Source: Candidatus Moraniibacteriota bacterium (GTDB lineage Bacteria > Patescibacteriota > Minisyncoccia > Moranbacterales > UBA1568). Taken from it: a DNA stretch of 64,000 nucleotides. The stretch is taken from positions 12,949-76,948 of the forward strand of contig CAVURJ010000001.1 in NCBI GenBank assembly GCA_963743885.1, written 5' to 3'. Each line of letters starts with the position of its first letter. Positions within the stretch are counted from its first letter, which is position 1. This document shows, one piece after another, positions 1 through 10,500 of the stretch. The position numbers and the translations under genes were made by a program. The notes below the pieces were generated by a model, which was not told the origin of the DNA, did no database searches, and was given only the letters and a program-made list of their open reading frames with translations.

Positions 1-174
1 CAGCTCCGTCTGCAGGCAGCACTCAAGATGCGCATCGACAGCCAAATCGGTCAGATCGAGCTCCAGAAGAAGCTCGATACCCCAGTCAGTCAGAACGGCA
101 TCGGCCTCCACAGGCGCACTGCCGAGAAGATCGTCCGCGAAGTCGAAATCATCATGCTCCTCAAATATAGCTAA
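1..174 (+). CDS. 3' end of an upstream gene (C-terminal fragment, product unknown), truncated by window start
   Basis: The reading frame is open from nt 1 to TAA at 172-174 (...KIVREVEIIMLLKYS*). No start codon lies inside the window. Confidence 0.25.
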   Translation, partial: QLRLQAALKMRIDSQIGQIELQKKLDTPVSQNGIGLHRRTAEKIVREVEIIMLLKYS

Positions 175-210
175 CTAGCTTCACTAGCTGCCTTAGCTTC
201 ATTAGCTTTT
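150..210. repeat. array of about five TAGCT-containing octamers upstream of the four-helix-bundle gene; an inverted AGCTAA array sits at 586-618
   Basis: Sequence reads ctaACTAGCTtcaCTAGCTgccTTAGCTtcaTTAGCTttt. At the gene's 3' end the complementary motif is repeated four times: aAGCTAAaaaAGCTAAaAGCTAAcgaAGCTAAag. Confidence 0.5.
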
Positions 211-606
211 ATGATAAACGGCTACAGACAACTCATCGTCTGGGAAAAATCAAAACAGCTCGCTATCGCTGTTTATGAACTGACGGAAAAGTTCCCGAGA
301 GAAGAAATTTTCGGAATAACCTCACAGATGCGACGCTGCGCCATTTCAATCCCCTCTAATATAGCTGAGGGAAGAATGCGTGGGACAAGGAAGGATTTTC
401 TTTCTTTTTTGCGCATAGCCTACGGATCAGGGGCTGAACTAGAAACACAATTGGAGATATCGAGAGAAATCTTCAAGAAAACCAAAACGAACTATACGCA
501 TGTAAACCTGCTTCTTGAAGAGACCATGAAAATGCTCAATGTTATGATAAGAAGGATGAATCCCGAGTACTCACAAGCTAACGAAGCTAAAAAAGCTAAA
601 AGCTAA
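211..606 (+). CDS. four-helix-bundle protein (23S rRNA intervening-sequence protein family, TIGR02436-like)
   Basis: 131 aa. The N-terminus YRQLIVWEKSKQLAIAVYELTEKFPREE...SQMRRCAISIPSNIAEG is typical of this family. I recognise it from memory, not from a search. Confidence 0.7.
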   Translation: MINGYRQLIVWEKSKQLAIAVYELTEKFPREEIFGITSQMRRCAISIPSNIAEGRMRGTRKDFLSFLRIAYGSGAELETQLEISREIFKKTKTNYTHVNLLLEETMKMLNVMIRRMNPEYSQANEAKKAKS

Positions 607-619
607 CGAAGCTAAAGAA

Positions 620-1810
620 ATGCGTTTCTTCGACCTCCTCAAACTGTCGCTTCGAATGTTCAAGGCCCGCACCATGCGGACGCTCCTTACTATCCTCGGC
701 ATGTCAGTCGGCATCGCAGCCATCATCTTCCTCGTTTCCTTCGGCTACGGCCTCCAGCGGACACTGCTCCAGAAGATCACGACTTCCGACGCGCTCGTCA
801 GCCTCGACGTCACCGCGGGCAAGGAAGGTGGGCCCGACAAACTCGATAGCACTGCTATCGACGACCTACGCCTCATCCCAGACGTAACAGACGTCATCCC
901 AGTCCTCGAGCTCGCCGGCCAAGGCCGTTTCGACGGGATCACGCTTGATATCAATACCGTCAGCTCCGAAGCTTCACTCCTCAAGATTGAAGGTCTCAAG
1001 GTCACGGAGGGACGACTCCTCGACAAAGGCGAGACTCAAGGCATCGTCATCACCACAGCTGTCGCACAGGTCTTCAATACGACCCCGGACAAGATGATCG
1101 GCCGCCCGGTTGACCTGACCCTCTTCCGCGACAAGGATAGCACCGGCAAGGAATCATCCTATAGTCCAGGCAAGCCATACACTATCGTCGGCGTCGTCTC
1201 GGGTGAAGAGAACATCGTCTACCTCCCGATCGCATCGCTTTCCGGATTCCAGATCGAAAGCTACACCAAGCTCAAGGTGAAATGCCAGTCGACTGGCGTC
1301 ATGGGCCAGGTCCGCAGCGAAGTGGAGAATCGCGGCTTCATCGCCTCGTCCATCTCCGAGACCATCGACCAGGCCAACAAAGTCTTCCGCGCCGTCCAGA
1401 TCGTCCTCATGGTCTTCGGCATGATCGCGCTCATCGTCTCGGCTATCGGTATGTTCAACACCATGACCATCGCCCTCCTCGAGCGTACTGAGGAGATCGG
1501 CATCATGAAGGCCATCGGCGCCTCACGCGGCAGCATCTCACTCATGTTCATTATGGAATCAACGCTCATGGGCTTCCTTGGCGCCTTAGGTGGCGTCGTC
1601 CTTGGTATCATCGAAGGTCAGGTGCTCAATATCCTTATCAATGCCGTCGCGACCCGCTTCGGCGGCGAATCCGTCAGCCTCTTCTACAGTCCACTCTGGT
1701 TCATCTCGACCGTCATCGGCTTCGGCGCCTTCGTCGGATTCTTGACCGGCCTCTTCCCGGCCCGCAAGGCCTCAAGCATCGATACCCTCGAAGCACTCCG
1801 ATACAAGTAG
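620..1810 (+). CDS. ABC transporter permease, FtsX/MacB-like (periplasmic domain plus C-terminal 4-TM FtsX domain)
   Basis: 396 aa. N-terminal TM helix, large extracytoplasmic domain, and a C-terminal FtsX-type TM bundle (MKAIGASRGSI...). There is no ATPase gene downstream, so the partner is presumably upstream of the window. Confidence 0.8.
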   Translation: MRFFDLLKLSLRMFKARTMRTLLTILGMSVGIAAIIFLVSFGYGLQRTLLQKITTSDALVSLDVTAGKEGGPDKLDSTAIDDLRLIPDVTDVIPVLELAGQGRFDGITLDINTVSSEASLLKIEGLKVTEGRLLDKGETQGIVITTAVAQVFNTTPDKMIGRPVDLTLFRDKDSTGKESSYSPGKPYTIVGVVSGEENIVYLPIASLSGFQIESYTKLKVKCQSTGVMGQVRSEVENRGFIASSISETIDQANKVFRAVQIVLMVFGMIALIVSAIGMFNTMTIALLERTEEIGIMKAIGASRGSISLMFIMESTLMGFLGALGGVVLGIIEGQVLNILINAVATRFGGESVSLFYSPLWFISTVIGFGAFVGFLTGLFPARKASSIDTLEALRYK

Positions 1811-1851
1811 AAAACGTATTACGTATATCGTAGTATGTATCACGTATAAAT

Positions 1852-1881
1852 AAGCAGCGGATCATCCGCTGCTTATTTTTT
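1852..1881 (+). terminator. rho-independent terminator of the permease gene
   Basis: The hairpin aagcagcgg-atcat-ccgctgctt is followed by atttttt. Confidence 0.75.
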
Positions 1882-1964
1882 ACCCATAGAAAAACCCGCC
1901 GATACAACACGTGGAGAGTTTCTCTACGCCTGTTGCGGCGGGTTGGTAGGAACGAGCTGATTTC

Positions 1965-2285
1965 TCAGCTGCCCCCAGTGATAGGTTCGTCCGAAGACGT
2001 GACCACGAGACCTTCAAGCACTGTGGTTTTCAGACACCTGGGATGCCAGCACTTCTGTACCACATACGGATGCATACGACTGGGACCGTAACTGAAATCT
2101 GGCGTCTCATCGTGGATCTGCACCGTCAGCCGACTACCGCACTTGGGACAGTGTTGGAAGCCACCGGCAGAATGAATCACAGCAGCGATGAAGACAGTGA
2201 ATGCAAACAAGCAAACAGCAACCTGCAACAGTCCGAACAGCAAAGTCACAATGGCAGCAATCAGCAGAATAAACAGGAACGGCAT
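1965..2285 (-). CDS. hypothetical small membrane protein with a zinc-ribbon-like Cys cluster
   Basis: 106 aa. Hydrophobic N-terminal half, then CPKCGSRL...CWHPRC. Confidence 0.35.
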   Translation of the reverse strand: MPFLFILLIAAIVTLLFGLLQVAVCLFAFTVFIAAVIHSAGGFQHCPKCGSRLTVQIHDETPDFSYGPSRMHPYVVQKCWHPRCLKTTVLEGLVVTSSDEPITGGS

Positions 2286-2380
2286 GATGACCCCCTCGGG
2301 AATGAACCAAAAAGATAAAGAATTGGTTGTTAATGCACTTCAAAAGAATATAGCATATTTTTATCATTCTGTCAATATTA

Positions 2381-2407
2381 CGTAATAAAAACGGCTCAAA
2401 AGAGCCG
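2381..2407 (-). terminator. intrinsic terminator downstream of the P-type ATPase gene (minus strand)
   Basis: cggctc-aaaa-gagccg hairpin. The T-run is on the minus strand (aataaaaa on plus). Confidence 0.55.
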
Positions 2408-2534
2408 CTATATCCAAACCTATCCTCCCTTAACTCTATCTTTGCCCTGTACTCTTTACCCTCTCTGTCTTTCTACACCCTAAACCCTATCATCTATACC
2501 CTGCCCTTTCTACACCCTAACCCCTATCCCCTGT

Positions 2535-4304
2535 TCAGTACGTCGAGCGAAGCGCATTGACGATCACAATGACGTCGATGACCTCCTGGAGGATGGCGCC
2601 ATAGAGCGGCGGTATATAGCCAGCCGAAGCGATGAGCATACCAGCCGATGAAAGCCCGATGCCAAGCATGATGCTCTGGAACGCGACGTGGTAGGAGCGG
2701 CGGCCGATATGCACCGCATCGCGGATGAGCCAAGCGTCGCGGCCGAGGATAGCAACATCCGCTGCCTCGATTGACGCACTGTTCTCCGTGCCCGAAAAGA
2801 CGATGCCAACATCAGCGAGCGCCAGCGCCGGCGCGTCGTTCATGCCATCCCCGATCATACCAACCAGCTCCCCCTCTCCTTGATAACGCTTAACCAGTGT
2901 CGTCTTCTTTTCTGGGCTGCAATCAGCGTAGATCGGGATCCGAAAATGCCCGAAGATGCGCTCAGCATTCGCTTTGCGATCACCAGTCAATATACCAAGG
3001 CTATAGCCACGCTCCCTGAGATAATCGAAGACCTTGGCGCTCCCTGCCTTGAGCTCGTCATCGAAATAGAAGCGGGCGATCCGATGTTCGCCCGAGAGCA
3101 GATCCACAACGATGCCATTATCCTTTGCATCTTCCGCTTTCACGATGCCATAACGCTGGCCAGCAATCGTCCCGAAGATACCCTTCCCGATGACCTCTTC
3201 CACATCCTCGGCGAAGAACCGTTCCTCACCATGCACCGCGTGCGCCTCAATGAACGCCTTGGCAAGCGGATGGAAAGAGTGCCACTCGAGCGCCGCCGCG
3301 AGCGCGAGCGCCCCATCCTTATCGATATGCTTGTCAGACAGCTCGATCCGCTCGAGGTGCGGCACGCCGAGCGTGAGCGTCCCGGTCTTGTCGAAGAAGA
3401 AACGCTTGGTCCGCGCTAGAAGCTCGAGCGCGTACGGGCCCTTGATGATAATATTCTTGCGCGCTGCCTTGTTAAGCCCGCCGATAAAGGAGAGCGGCGC
3501 CGCGATGAGGAGTGGGCACGGCGTCGCGATGACGAGCACCGCCAAGAACCGTCCCCAATCCCCGGAAACGGCATATGCCGCAAAAGCGACTGCCAAAGAA
3601 AATACCGTAAAATAGCCATTATATCGTTCCGCGAGACGCCCCAGAGGCGACGGATGCGTCTTGCCCTCTTCGACCAGGCCCAAGATCCGTCGGTAGCTCG
3701 AATGCTCGAAGTCGCCCTTCACGCGAAGCTCCGCCGTCTCACCGACGTTGATGATGCCGCCCTTGAGGAGCGTGCCATGCTCATAGACGACCGGCTCCAT
3801 CTCGCCCGTCAGGTTCGCCTCATTGAAGAGGCCTTTCTCCGAAACAAGTGTCCCATCAATAGCGATCATCTCGCCGCGCTTCACAATGATGACATCGCCC
3901 GGACGCGCGTCCTGGAGCGCTACATTCTCCGTACCCTGCCCAACCTTCCGAAGCACCGTCTTCGGGATATTCTCGAAAAGGCCACGAAGCGTCTTTTCTG
4001 CCCGCGTCGTGCCATACTTCTCGAGCGCCGCCGAGACCGCCACCATGAGCGCCACGACCGCACCCGGCAGCATCTCGCCGAGTGTGAGTGACAGTGCAAG
4101 CGCGATGAACGCCAGATAATCGAGGTTCCACTTCTTCATCCGCAGACGCTCCCATGATTCCCATGCGAGAGATATGAGTCCGGCCGCGATCATGGCTGCA
4201 TAAGCAATCGCGGAATCCGTAGCCAAAGCAAATATGAGCACGATCGCAAGTACAATCGGAAAATGAAACTCTCGACTCTTCAGGATATCAAATACGGATA
4301 TCAT
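2535..4304 (-). CDS. P-type cation-transporting ATPase, P1B-like (CPx motif), without an N-terminal HMA domain
   Basis: 589 aa. Phosphorylation motif FFFDKTGTLT, hinge GDGMNDAPALA, and TM CPx motif ATPCPLLIAAP. Confidence 0.85.
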   Translation of the reverse strand: MISVFDILKSREFHFPIVLAIVLIFALATDSAIAYAAMIAAGLISLAWESWERLRMKKWNLDYLAFIALALSLTLGEMLPGAVVALMVAVSAALEKYGTTRAEKTLRGLFENIPKTVLRKVGQGTENVALQDARPGDVIIVKRGEMIAIDGTLVSEKGLFNEANLTGEMEPVVYEHGTLLKGGIINVGETAELRVKGDFEHSSYRRILGLVEEGKTHPSPLGRLAERYNGYFTVFSLAVAFAAYAVSGDWGRFLAVLVIATPCPLLIAAPLSFIGGLNKAARKNIIIKGPYALELLARTKRFFFDKTGTLTLGVPHLERIELSDKHIDKDGALALAAALEWHSFHPLAKAFIEAHAVHGEERFFAEDVEEVIGKGIFGTIAGQRYGIVKAEDAKDNGIVVDLLSGEHRIARFYFDDELKAGSAKVFDYLRERGYSLGILTGDRKANAERIFGHFRIPIYADCSPEKKTTLVKRYQGEGELVGMIGDGMNDAPALALADVGIVFSGTENSASIEAADVAILGRDAWLIRDAVHIGRRSYHVAFQSIMLGIGLSSAGMLIASAGYIPPLYGAILQEVIDVIVIVNALRSTY

Positions 4305-4316
4305 GATGATTTTTTG

Positions 4317-5774
4317 TTAAATGATTTTCTTTTTATTAGCTGCTGGATCAACAAGGTGATTTCGTAGCGGATTGCCGTTCTTGTACGCACGAATCCGAAT
4401 CTCATCGGCCTGAAGGCGCTCCTCAAGCGCCTCTATCTCCCGATCCTCACGACGCACCTGCCGAAGCAGCCAAAAGAACGCCGCCCCAAACATACCAGAA
4501 ATGAATAGGACACCGCCGAAAAGATAAAGAAAGAGATTGCTCGGCGAACCGGCAGCCATCCGGAGCATATCCCAGCGCGTATCAACCGACAATCCTGCCT
4601 GCCGGAGCTCAGCGCACCGATTAAAGTACGGCTCCAGCCGTTCGAGCGCCCCGAATCCGCTGTTCGTCCCCGAAGCAGCAGCCATGAAAGATGCCTCAGC
4701 GCTCTCGCAACGCTTCGCTGAGAACTGGAGGAACCCTTCCCGGAAACGCTGCCCGTATACGCCCTCCTCCGGAGCGATCCGCATCTCATCGGCCGCCGTA
4801 CGGAGGATATCGATCGGAAGCGCGAAGGCGAAGTTGTCGCCCGACACCTGGTCAAACCCACTCGTCTGAAAAGTAATGATACCCACGGCCTCGCCAGCAT
4901 CATTCAAGAGCGGCCCACCGCTCGAGCCCTCTGATACCTTGGCATCAGTCTGGAATATCCGGAAGCTCCGATCGGATGACTGCTTGATAGCACTCACGAC
5001 ACCCTCAGTAAAAGTCGCCTCGGCCGGATCATTCCGGTTAGCCTCGGCGGTCGCCGGAAACCCGAAGATAAAGGCTTTCCTTCCGACTGACAAGTCTTCC
5101 GAGCGGCCCAAGCGGAGCGCCGGCAAACCAGTCTCGGCAATCCGTATGATGGCGATATCGCGCTCATCATCGAGGAAACGATCATTCACGGAAATGATTT
5201 CAGCCGGATACCCCTCAGCCATCAGATCCGCGATGCGGGTCTTGTCCGATCCGGGCCGGAGCACCGCCACCTCATGATGGAGATCGAAAGTGCTGTGATC
5301 GATGACGTAGCGGAGCACCTCGCGCGTGAAGCGCTCACCCTCCTCAGAATCAATGAAGGACCCGAGCTCCTCCTCGGAAAGGAAGAGCGCATTCTCGAAC
5401 ATCGCCGAAAGCGCGCTCTCGGATGCGAGGGACTGTTTGACTGTCTCCTGCGAAACGACATGGGCGTTGGTAGCGATAGAGCCGTCAGAGTGGATGACGA
5501 AGCCGCTCCCTGAAAGATACTCATCGACCTCTACTTCGGTATACTCATCCGGAATAACCGCCACGAAGCGCTTCCGAATATCCACCTTGACCGCCGGGAC
5601 CTTCGCCGTACCGGACACATGTTCGGCGATACGGACCACTGACGGCTTGGCCAAATCAGCGAGCGCCTCTTCTGGTAGTGCAGACGGCTGCGCCAAAACC
5701 GGAAATATCGGAAAGCCGGAGAGGACCATCACGAAAACCGCCAGGATGCTGTTTGTCTTTATCTGGGGTGCCAT
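4317..5774 (-). CDS. secreted trypsin-like serine protease (S1 family, HtrA-like catalytic domain) with C-terminal TM helix and coiled-coil tail
   Basis: 485 aa. Signal peptide. Catalytic-triad context HVV(H)...DIAII(D)...GSSGGPLL(S). No clear PDZ domain. The C-terminal hydrophobic segment is followed by a charged helix. Confidence 0.7.
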   Translation of the reverse strand: MAPQIKTNSILAVFVMVLSGFPIFPVLAQPSALPEEALADLAKPSVVRIAEHVSGTAKVPAVKVDIRKRFVAVIPDEYTEVEVDEYLSGSGFVIHSDGSIATNAHVVSQETVKQSLASESALSAMFENALFLSEEELGSFIDSEEGERFTREVLRYVIDHSTFDLHHEVAVLRPGSDKTRIADLMAEGYPAEIISVNDRFLDDERDIAIIRIAETGLPALRLGRSEDLSVGRKAFIFGFPATAEANRNDPAEATFTEGVVSAIKQSSDRSFRIFQTDAKVSEGSSGGPLLNDAGEAVGIITFQTSGFDQVSGDNFAFALPIDILRTAADEMRIAPEEGVYGQRFREGFLQFSAKRCESAEASFMAAASGTNSGFGALERLEPYFNRCAELRQAGLSVDTRWDMLRMAAGSPSNLFLYLFGGVLFISGMFGAAFFWLLRQVRREDREIEALEERLQADEIRIRAYKNGNPLRNHLVDPAANKKKII

Positions 5775-5831
5775 AGGAGTGTTTCAATTGTAGCATAAAA
5801 AAGAGAGGTTTAATCCCATCTTCCCACCCTC

Positions 5832-5857
5832 ATCTCTCATCTTCTTCGTCTATCCCC
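5832..5857. repeat. CT-rich dispersed motif TCTCTCATCTTCTTCRTCTATCCCCT (copy 1 of 3)
   Basis: The same ~26-mer recurs at 11511-11536 and, for 20 nt, at 26061-26080. Related CCCTGTACCCTAT / CCCTAAACCC modules lie at 2470-2532, 5853-5880 and, reverse-complemented, at 10969-11003. Confidence 0.5.
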
Positions 5858-5886
5858 TGTACCCTATTACCTCTACCCTACCCATA

Positions 5887-5916
5887 TTGACAGATTATTA
5901 GTTTATAAGTAAACTA
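5887..5916 (+). promoter_or_regulatory. sigma70-like promoter of the marR-MFP-RND operon with an overlapping palindromic operator
   Basis: TTGACA (5887-5892), 17-bp spacer, TAAACT (5910-5915). The inverted repeat TAGTTTA-taag-TAAACTA (5899-5916) overlaps the -10 element. It lies 28 bp upstream of the marR start. Confidence 0.5.
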
Positions 5917-5943
5917 TCCATACATGAACTAATCATACGCTCT

Positions 5944-6435
5944 ATGAACACCCCGTGCCGTTTCGAAAAAGCCGACATCGCCTCGCCGATATTCTGTGCC
6001 TGGACCAGGCTCGAATCCCTCGCTCAACGTCATGTCTTCGGACGCGTCGGGCTGAGCTCATCGAGCTTCAAGATCCTCGCCCTGATCGCTCGCAGACGCT
6101 CAATCACCCCAAGCGATATCCTCGCCGAACTCGAGATTACCAAGTCCAACCTGAGCCAGCGACTGCGCGCCCTCGAAGAGAAGCGCCTCATCAAGCGCTC
6201 TCGGGCAGGCATATCAGACGACCGCCGCAAAGTCGCTTTCCTGATTACTCCAGCCGGAGAACGCAAGCTCCGTGAAGCAGCCCTCGTCGCCAAACAAGCC
6301 GGCCTCTCCTTTGAAAAAGACTTCACCAAAGAGGAGATCAAGCATCATCGGGCATTCTTCACAAAACTCCTCATTCTGCTCGACCAGAAAGAACAAGAGC
6401 TCAAGAAACAGCCGAAAAAAGCCATAACCAAGTAA
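5944..6435 (+). CDS. MarR-family transcriptional regulator
   Basis: 163 aa. Winged-HTH region ITPSDILAELEITKSNLSQRLRALEEKRLIKRSR...DRRKVAFLITPAGE. Confidence 0.8.
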   Translation: MNTPCRFEKADIASPIFCAWTRLESLAQRHVFGRVGLSSSSFKILALIARRRSITPSDILAELEITKSNLSQRLRALEEKRLIKRSRAGISDDRRKVAFLITPAGERKLREAALVAKQAGLSFEKDFTKEEIKHHRAFFTKLLILLDQKEQELKKQPKKAITK

Positions 6436-6450
6436 TAACCACCCTATCCT

Positions 6451-7536
6451 ATGAACAAACGCTTCCTTATCGCTACAGCCCTCGCTCTGATTCTCGGCGG
6501 ACTCGCCTTCTTTTTCTCCCGGGAAGAGTCTTCTCCGGAAAAGACCTCAGCTAATCAGACAAACGCCCCGCTTGCTGTTCGGACCGAAAGCGTCGCTGAA
6601 AGACAGTCCTCGTCTTTCCATTTCTCCTACCCCGGCACCGTCTCAAACGAAGGCGAAGCTACACTTACCGCGCAAGTCTCCGGCACGATCGTCTCGGCCG
6701 ACCTCGCCCTCAATAGATATGTCAGTGCCGGACAGACGCTCTATACTATCGACGAAACCGGTACAAGCCTTGGATCGAAGGGTGGTACACAGAGCGCCGA
6801 CCTCCAGAGCGCTGCTCTCTCGCTTGAAAACGCCAAAAAAGCCTACCAGGAAGCCGTCCGGAACGACCATCAGGAAGGCACGAGTGCTTCGGAAAGCGCC
6901 AAGATCCAGGCCCGAAACAGCCGCGATATGGCTGAGATCGCCTACGCATCGCTCCGCGACAAACGCTTCGTGAAGAGTCCGATAGCCGGAACTGTCACCA
7001 TCAAGCATGCTTCTGTCGGTGATACCGTCTCGGCCGGGACGCCGCTTGCGACCGTGAGCCGCGGCAAAAAAGTCGTGCGATTCTTCGTACATGACACAGA
7101 ACATCTGCTCCTCACCCCGGGCCAAGAGATTTCTTTCAGCAAGAATGCCGACGGCCAGGACGCCATCGTGGGCAAGCTCCTCCGCGTCGCCCAGACTGCC
7201 GACCCTGAAAGCCGGCGCTTCCTCGCCGAAGCGGAAAGTGCTGATCCGCGCTTCAAGAAATTTGCGAGCGGATCCGTCGTCACTGTATCTGCATCCGTCA
7301 CTCGGGTAGCCCCGGCTGGAAGTTTCTTCCTTCCCCTCTCCGCAGTGCTCCGCGACCAGAGCGGCGCTGCCGTGCTCGCTTATGACGATGGCCAGGCCAA
7401 GCGCCTTCCGGTCGATATCCGGAGCATCGATGGCGAGACAGTCGAGCTCTCCGGATTGAATGATACCGCGACCCGTATCATCATGACGGACGTCAAGCGC
7501 CTCAAAGAAGGTGATGCCATCACGCTCAAACAGTAA
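6451..7536 (+). CDS. efflux RND periplasmic adaptor subunit (membrane fusion protein, HlyD family)
   Basis: 361 aa. N-terminal TM anchor, lipoyl-like hairpin motifs (LTAQVSGTIVSADL...; VKSPIAGTVTIKHASVGDTVSAGTPLATV), C-terminal beta-barrel region. Confidence 0.7.
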   Translation: MNKRFLIATALALILGGLAFFFSREESSPEKTSANQTNAPLAVRTESVAERQSSSFHFSYPGTVSNEGEATLTAQVSGTIVSADLALNRYVSAGQTLYTIDETGTSLGSKGGTQSADLQSAALSLENAKKAYQEAVRNDHQEGTSASESAKIQARNSRDMAEIAYASLRDKRFVKSPIAGTVTIKHASVGDTVSAGTPLATVSRGKKVVRFFVHDTEHLLLTPGQEISFSKNADGQDAIVGKLLRVAQTADPESRRFLAEAESADPRFKKFASGSVVTVSASVTRVAPAGSFFLPLSAVLRDQSGAAVLAYDDGQAKRLPVDIRSIDGETVELSGLNDTATRIIMTDVKRLKEGDAITLKQ

Positions 7537-10500
7537 CTCATCTGGTTTCTTTCCCTTTATGCCTACTACACCGGAACACCGCGACCCATCCTCGGACTCC
7601 CGCTACCTCGATACGCTCACCTTCGACCCGGAGCTGAAGCAGGGTTTCCTCAATTTCTTCGTGACCCGCACGCGCGTCGTCATCCTCTTGATCATCCTCC
7701 TCTCCGGCTGGGGTATCTACGCTTACAATATCCTCCCGCGCGAATCGAACCCAGAGGTCAAGATCCCTATCGCCATCGTCTCCGCCGTCCTCCCTGGCGC
7801 CTCACCGAGCGACGTCGAAGAGCTCGTCACCAAAAAGATCGAGACCGAAGTCTCTTCGCTCAAAGGTGCAAGCAAAGTGACTTCGACATCATCCAACTCC
7901 GTCTCGGTCACGAGCATCGAATTTGAAGCAAGCGAAAATCTCGACGATGCCATCCGCCGCGTCCGCGATGCCGTCAACACCGTCGCTCCGGACCTGCCAG
8001 CCGAAGTCGAGACACCGACCGTCTCCGAGATCTCCTTCGATGACCAGCCGATTCTCACGATGGTCCTCACTGGCCCCTACGACGGCTTCACACTGCGCGA
8101 ACACGCCAAAACGCTCCAGGATGAGCTCGAAAAAGTCCCTGATGTCCGCGACGTGACGCTCTCGGGCGGCGATGAGGTGGAATTTTCCATCGCCTACGAC
8201 CCCGCCAAACTGGCAGTCTACGGGCTCTCGGCGGATGCCGCCAATAACGCCGTACGAAGCGCCAATATCGCCGTCCCCGGCGGCAATTTCGACGGACAAG
8301 AATTCGTCTACCCCATCCGTTCCGACGGTCGCTTCTTCGACGCGCAGGCACTCGGCGACACTCCAATCCAAAAGACAAGAAGCGGCGCTATCATCTCCCT
8401 CCGCGATATCGCAACCGTCGAGGAACGCGCCATCAAACGCACGGCACTCTCCCGCCTCTCCATCAGCGGCAGCACCCCGGAAAACGCCGTCACTATCGAT
8501 ATTGTCAAGAAAACCGGCGGCTCGATCATCGATATCGCCGACACATCGAAGAAGACCGTGGCCGATCTTCTCGCCACCTTCCCGAGCGGCATGAAGACCG
8601 ATATCACTGTCGACCTCTCGGACCAGATCAGTAATGACTTCACGCAACTCAGTCACGACTTCCTCATCACCGTCACGCTCGTCGTCATCACACTCATCCT
8701 CTTGGTCGGGCTCAAGGAGGCACTCATCGCCGGCCTCACTATCCCACTCGTCTTCTTCGCAACCTTCGGGACGATGATGCTCACCGGCACCTCGCTCAAC
8801 TTCCTCTCGCTCTTCTCGCTCCTCCTCGCACTCGGCCTCCTGGTCGATGACGCCATCGTGGTCGTTTCCGCCACCAAGCAATACCTGCGCACTGGCAAGT
8901 TCACACCGGAAGAGGCGGTACTCCTTGTGCTCCGCGACTTCAAGGTCGTACTCCTCACCACGACTCTCGCCACCACCTTCGCTTTCATGCCGCTCCTCCT
9001 CTCGAGTGGCATCATGGGAGAGTTCATCAAATCCATCCCGATCACCGTCTCAATCACGCTCATCTCCTCGCTCATCATCGCCATCGTCATCAACCATCCT
9101 CTCGCGGCTGCCCTCGAGCGCATCCGCTTCACCCGAGGCCTCTTCTCCGCACTCGCGCTCCTCGCCCTCGCTGTCGGTCTTATCGCCATCGTGTCCCTCT
9201 CGGGCATCGCCCGCTTCGCACTCGCGGCTGCTTCATTCGCCGCCTTCTTCCTCCTCATCCGCTACCGCTACCAGAGGGGTGGCGAGGCAGTCCTCAAGCA
9301 CAACGAACTCCTCGTCGAAAAAGAGCGCACGAGCGACGCCCTCATCAAAGAAAAGCTCTCTCACCAAATCAGCGACGAAGCCCACTTCATGAACCGTCTC
9401 ATGCACGGTATCGTCCGCATCGACCACTTCATCCCGCTCTATGAGCGCTGGCTCCGCTACACCCTCTCGACCAAGAAGCGCCGTCTCACGGTCGTTCTCG
9501 GCACCGTGGCCCTCTTTGTCGCGACCGCTCTCCTCCCTATCACTGGCATCGTGAAATCCGAGTTCTTCCCTGCTTCCGACGAAGAGCTTCTCTACATCAA
9601 TATCACCGCCCCGATCGGGCTGAAGCTTGAGAAAACCGATGTCATCGTGCGAGAGGTCGAAAAGACACTCCTCACCTACCCGGAAATCAAAAACTTCTCC
9701 ACCGTCGTCGGCCGCTCTTCCTCGGGCGATGGCCTCGGTAGCGGCAGCTCCTCCACGCATGTCGGGAGCATCACCGTCAAACTAACCAAGCCCGATGACC
9801 GTGACATCACCTCCTACGACCTCGCGACTGAGATCCGCGACGAGCTCGCTCCGATACGTGAAGCCGACATCACCGTCTTTTCTCCCTCAGGCGGACCGCC
9901 GGCCGGCGACGCTTTTGAAGCCCAGATACGTGGCGAAGACCTGAACGAACTCTCGCGCATCGCAGGCGATCTCAAGGATATCCTCGCGACGATCCCCGGC
10001 GTGACCGGCATCGAAGTCTCACTCAAGGAAGCCCCCGCTGAATACACCTTCACGCTCGATCCTGCCCGCATGGAGCTCTATGGCCTGGACGCTGCCTCTG
10101 TGGGCTCGACGCTGCGCATGGCTGTCTCCGGCACCGAGATCACCAAAGTCATCCGTGATACCGACGAAATCAAAGTTATCGCCCGCTTCGATGAGCGCGC
10201 GCTTCCGACGCTCCAATCGCTCCAGAACCTTCAGATCATCAACCAATCCGGTACGCCAGTCTACCTCAAAGACGTCGCGACTATCGAGCTCAAGCCGTCC
10301 GTCAACGCCATCACGCGCATCGATGAAAAACGCGTCGTGAAGCTCTCCTCCGACGTCATCGGCGACACCAACGCCCAAGAGCTCCTCAAAGCCTTCCAGG
10401 ACAAAGTCGCCGCAAGCTACACACTCCCAGACGGCTATACCTTGAGCTACGGCGGCGAAAACGAAGAGAATACAGAATCAGTGCAGTCCATCCTCAGGGC

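Noticed and set aside
7889-8881. 330-aa acidic (D/E-rich) ORF antisense to the RND permease, and similar antisense ORFs (10478..11020, 37059..38048, 49636..50244, and many inside 28198..36135 and 56823..63773)
   Set aside because: These are typical shadow ORFs of high-GC coding regions with low-complexity composition, and they overlap confidently assigned genes on the other strand.
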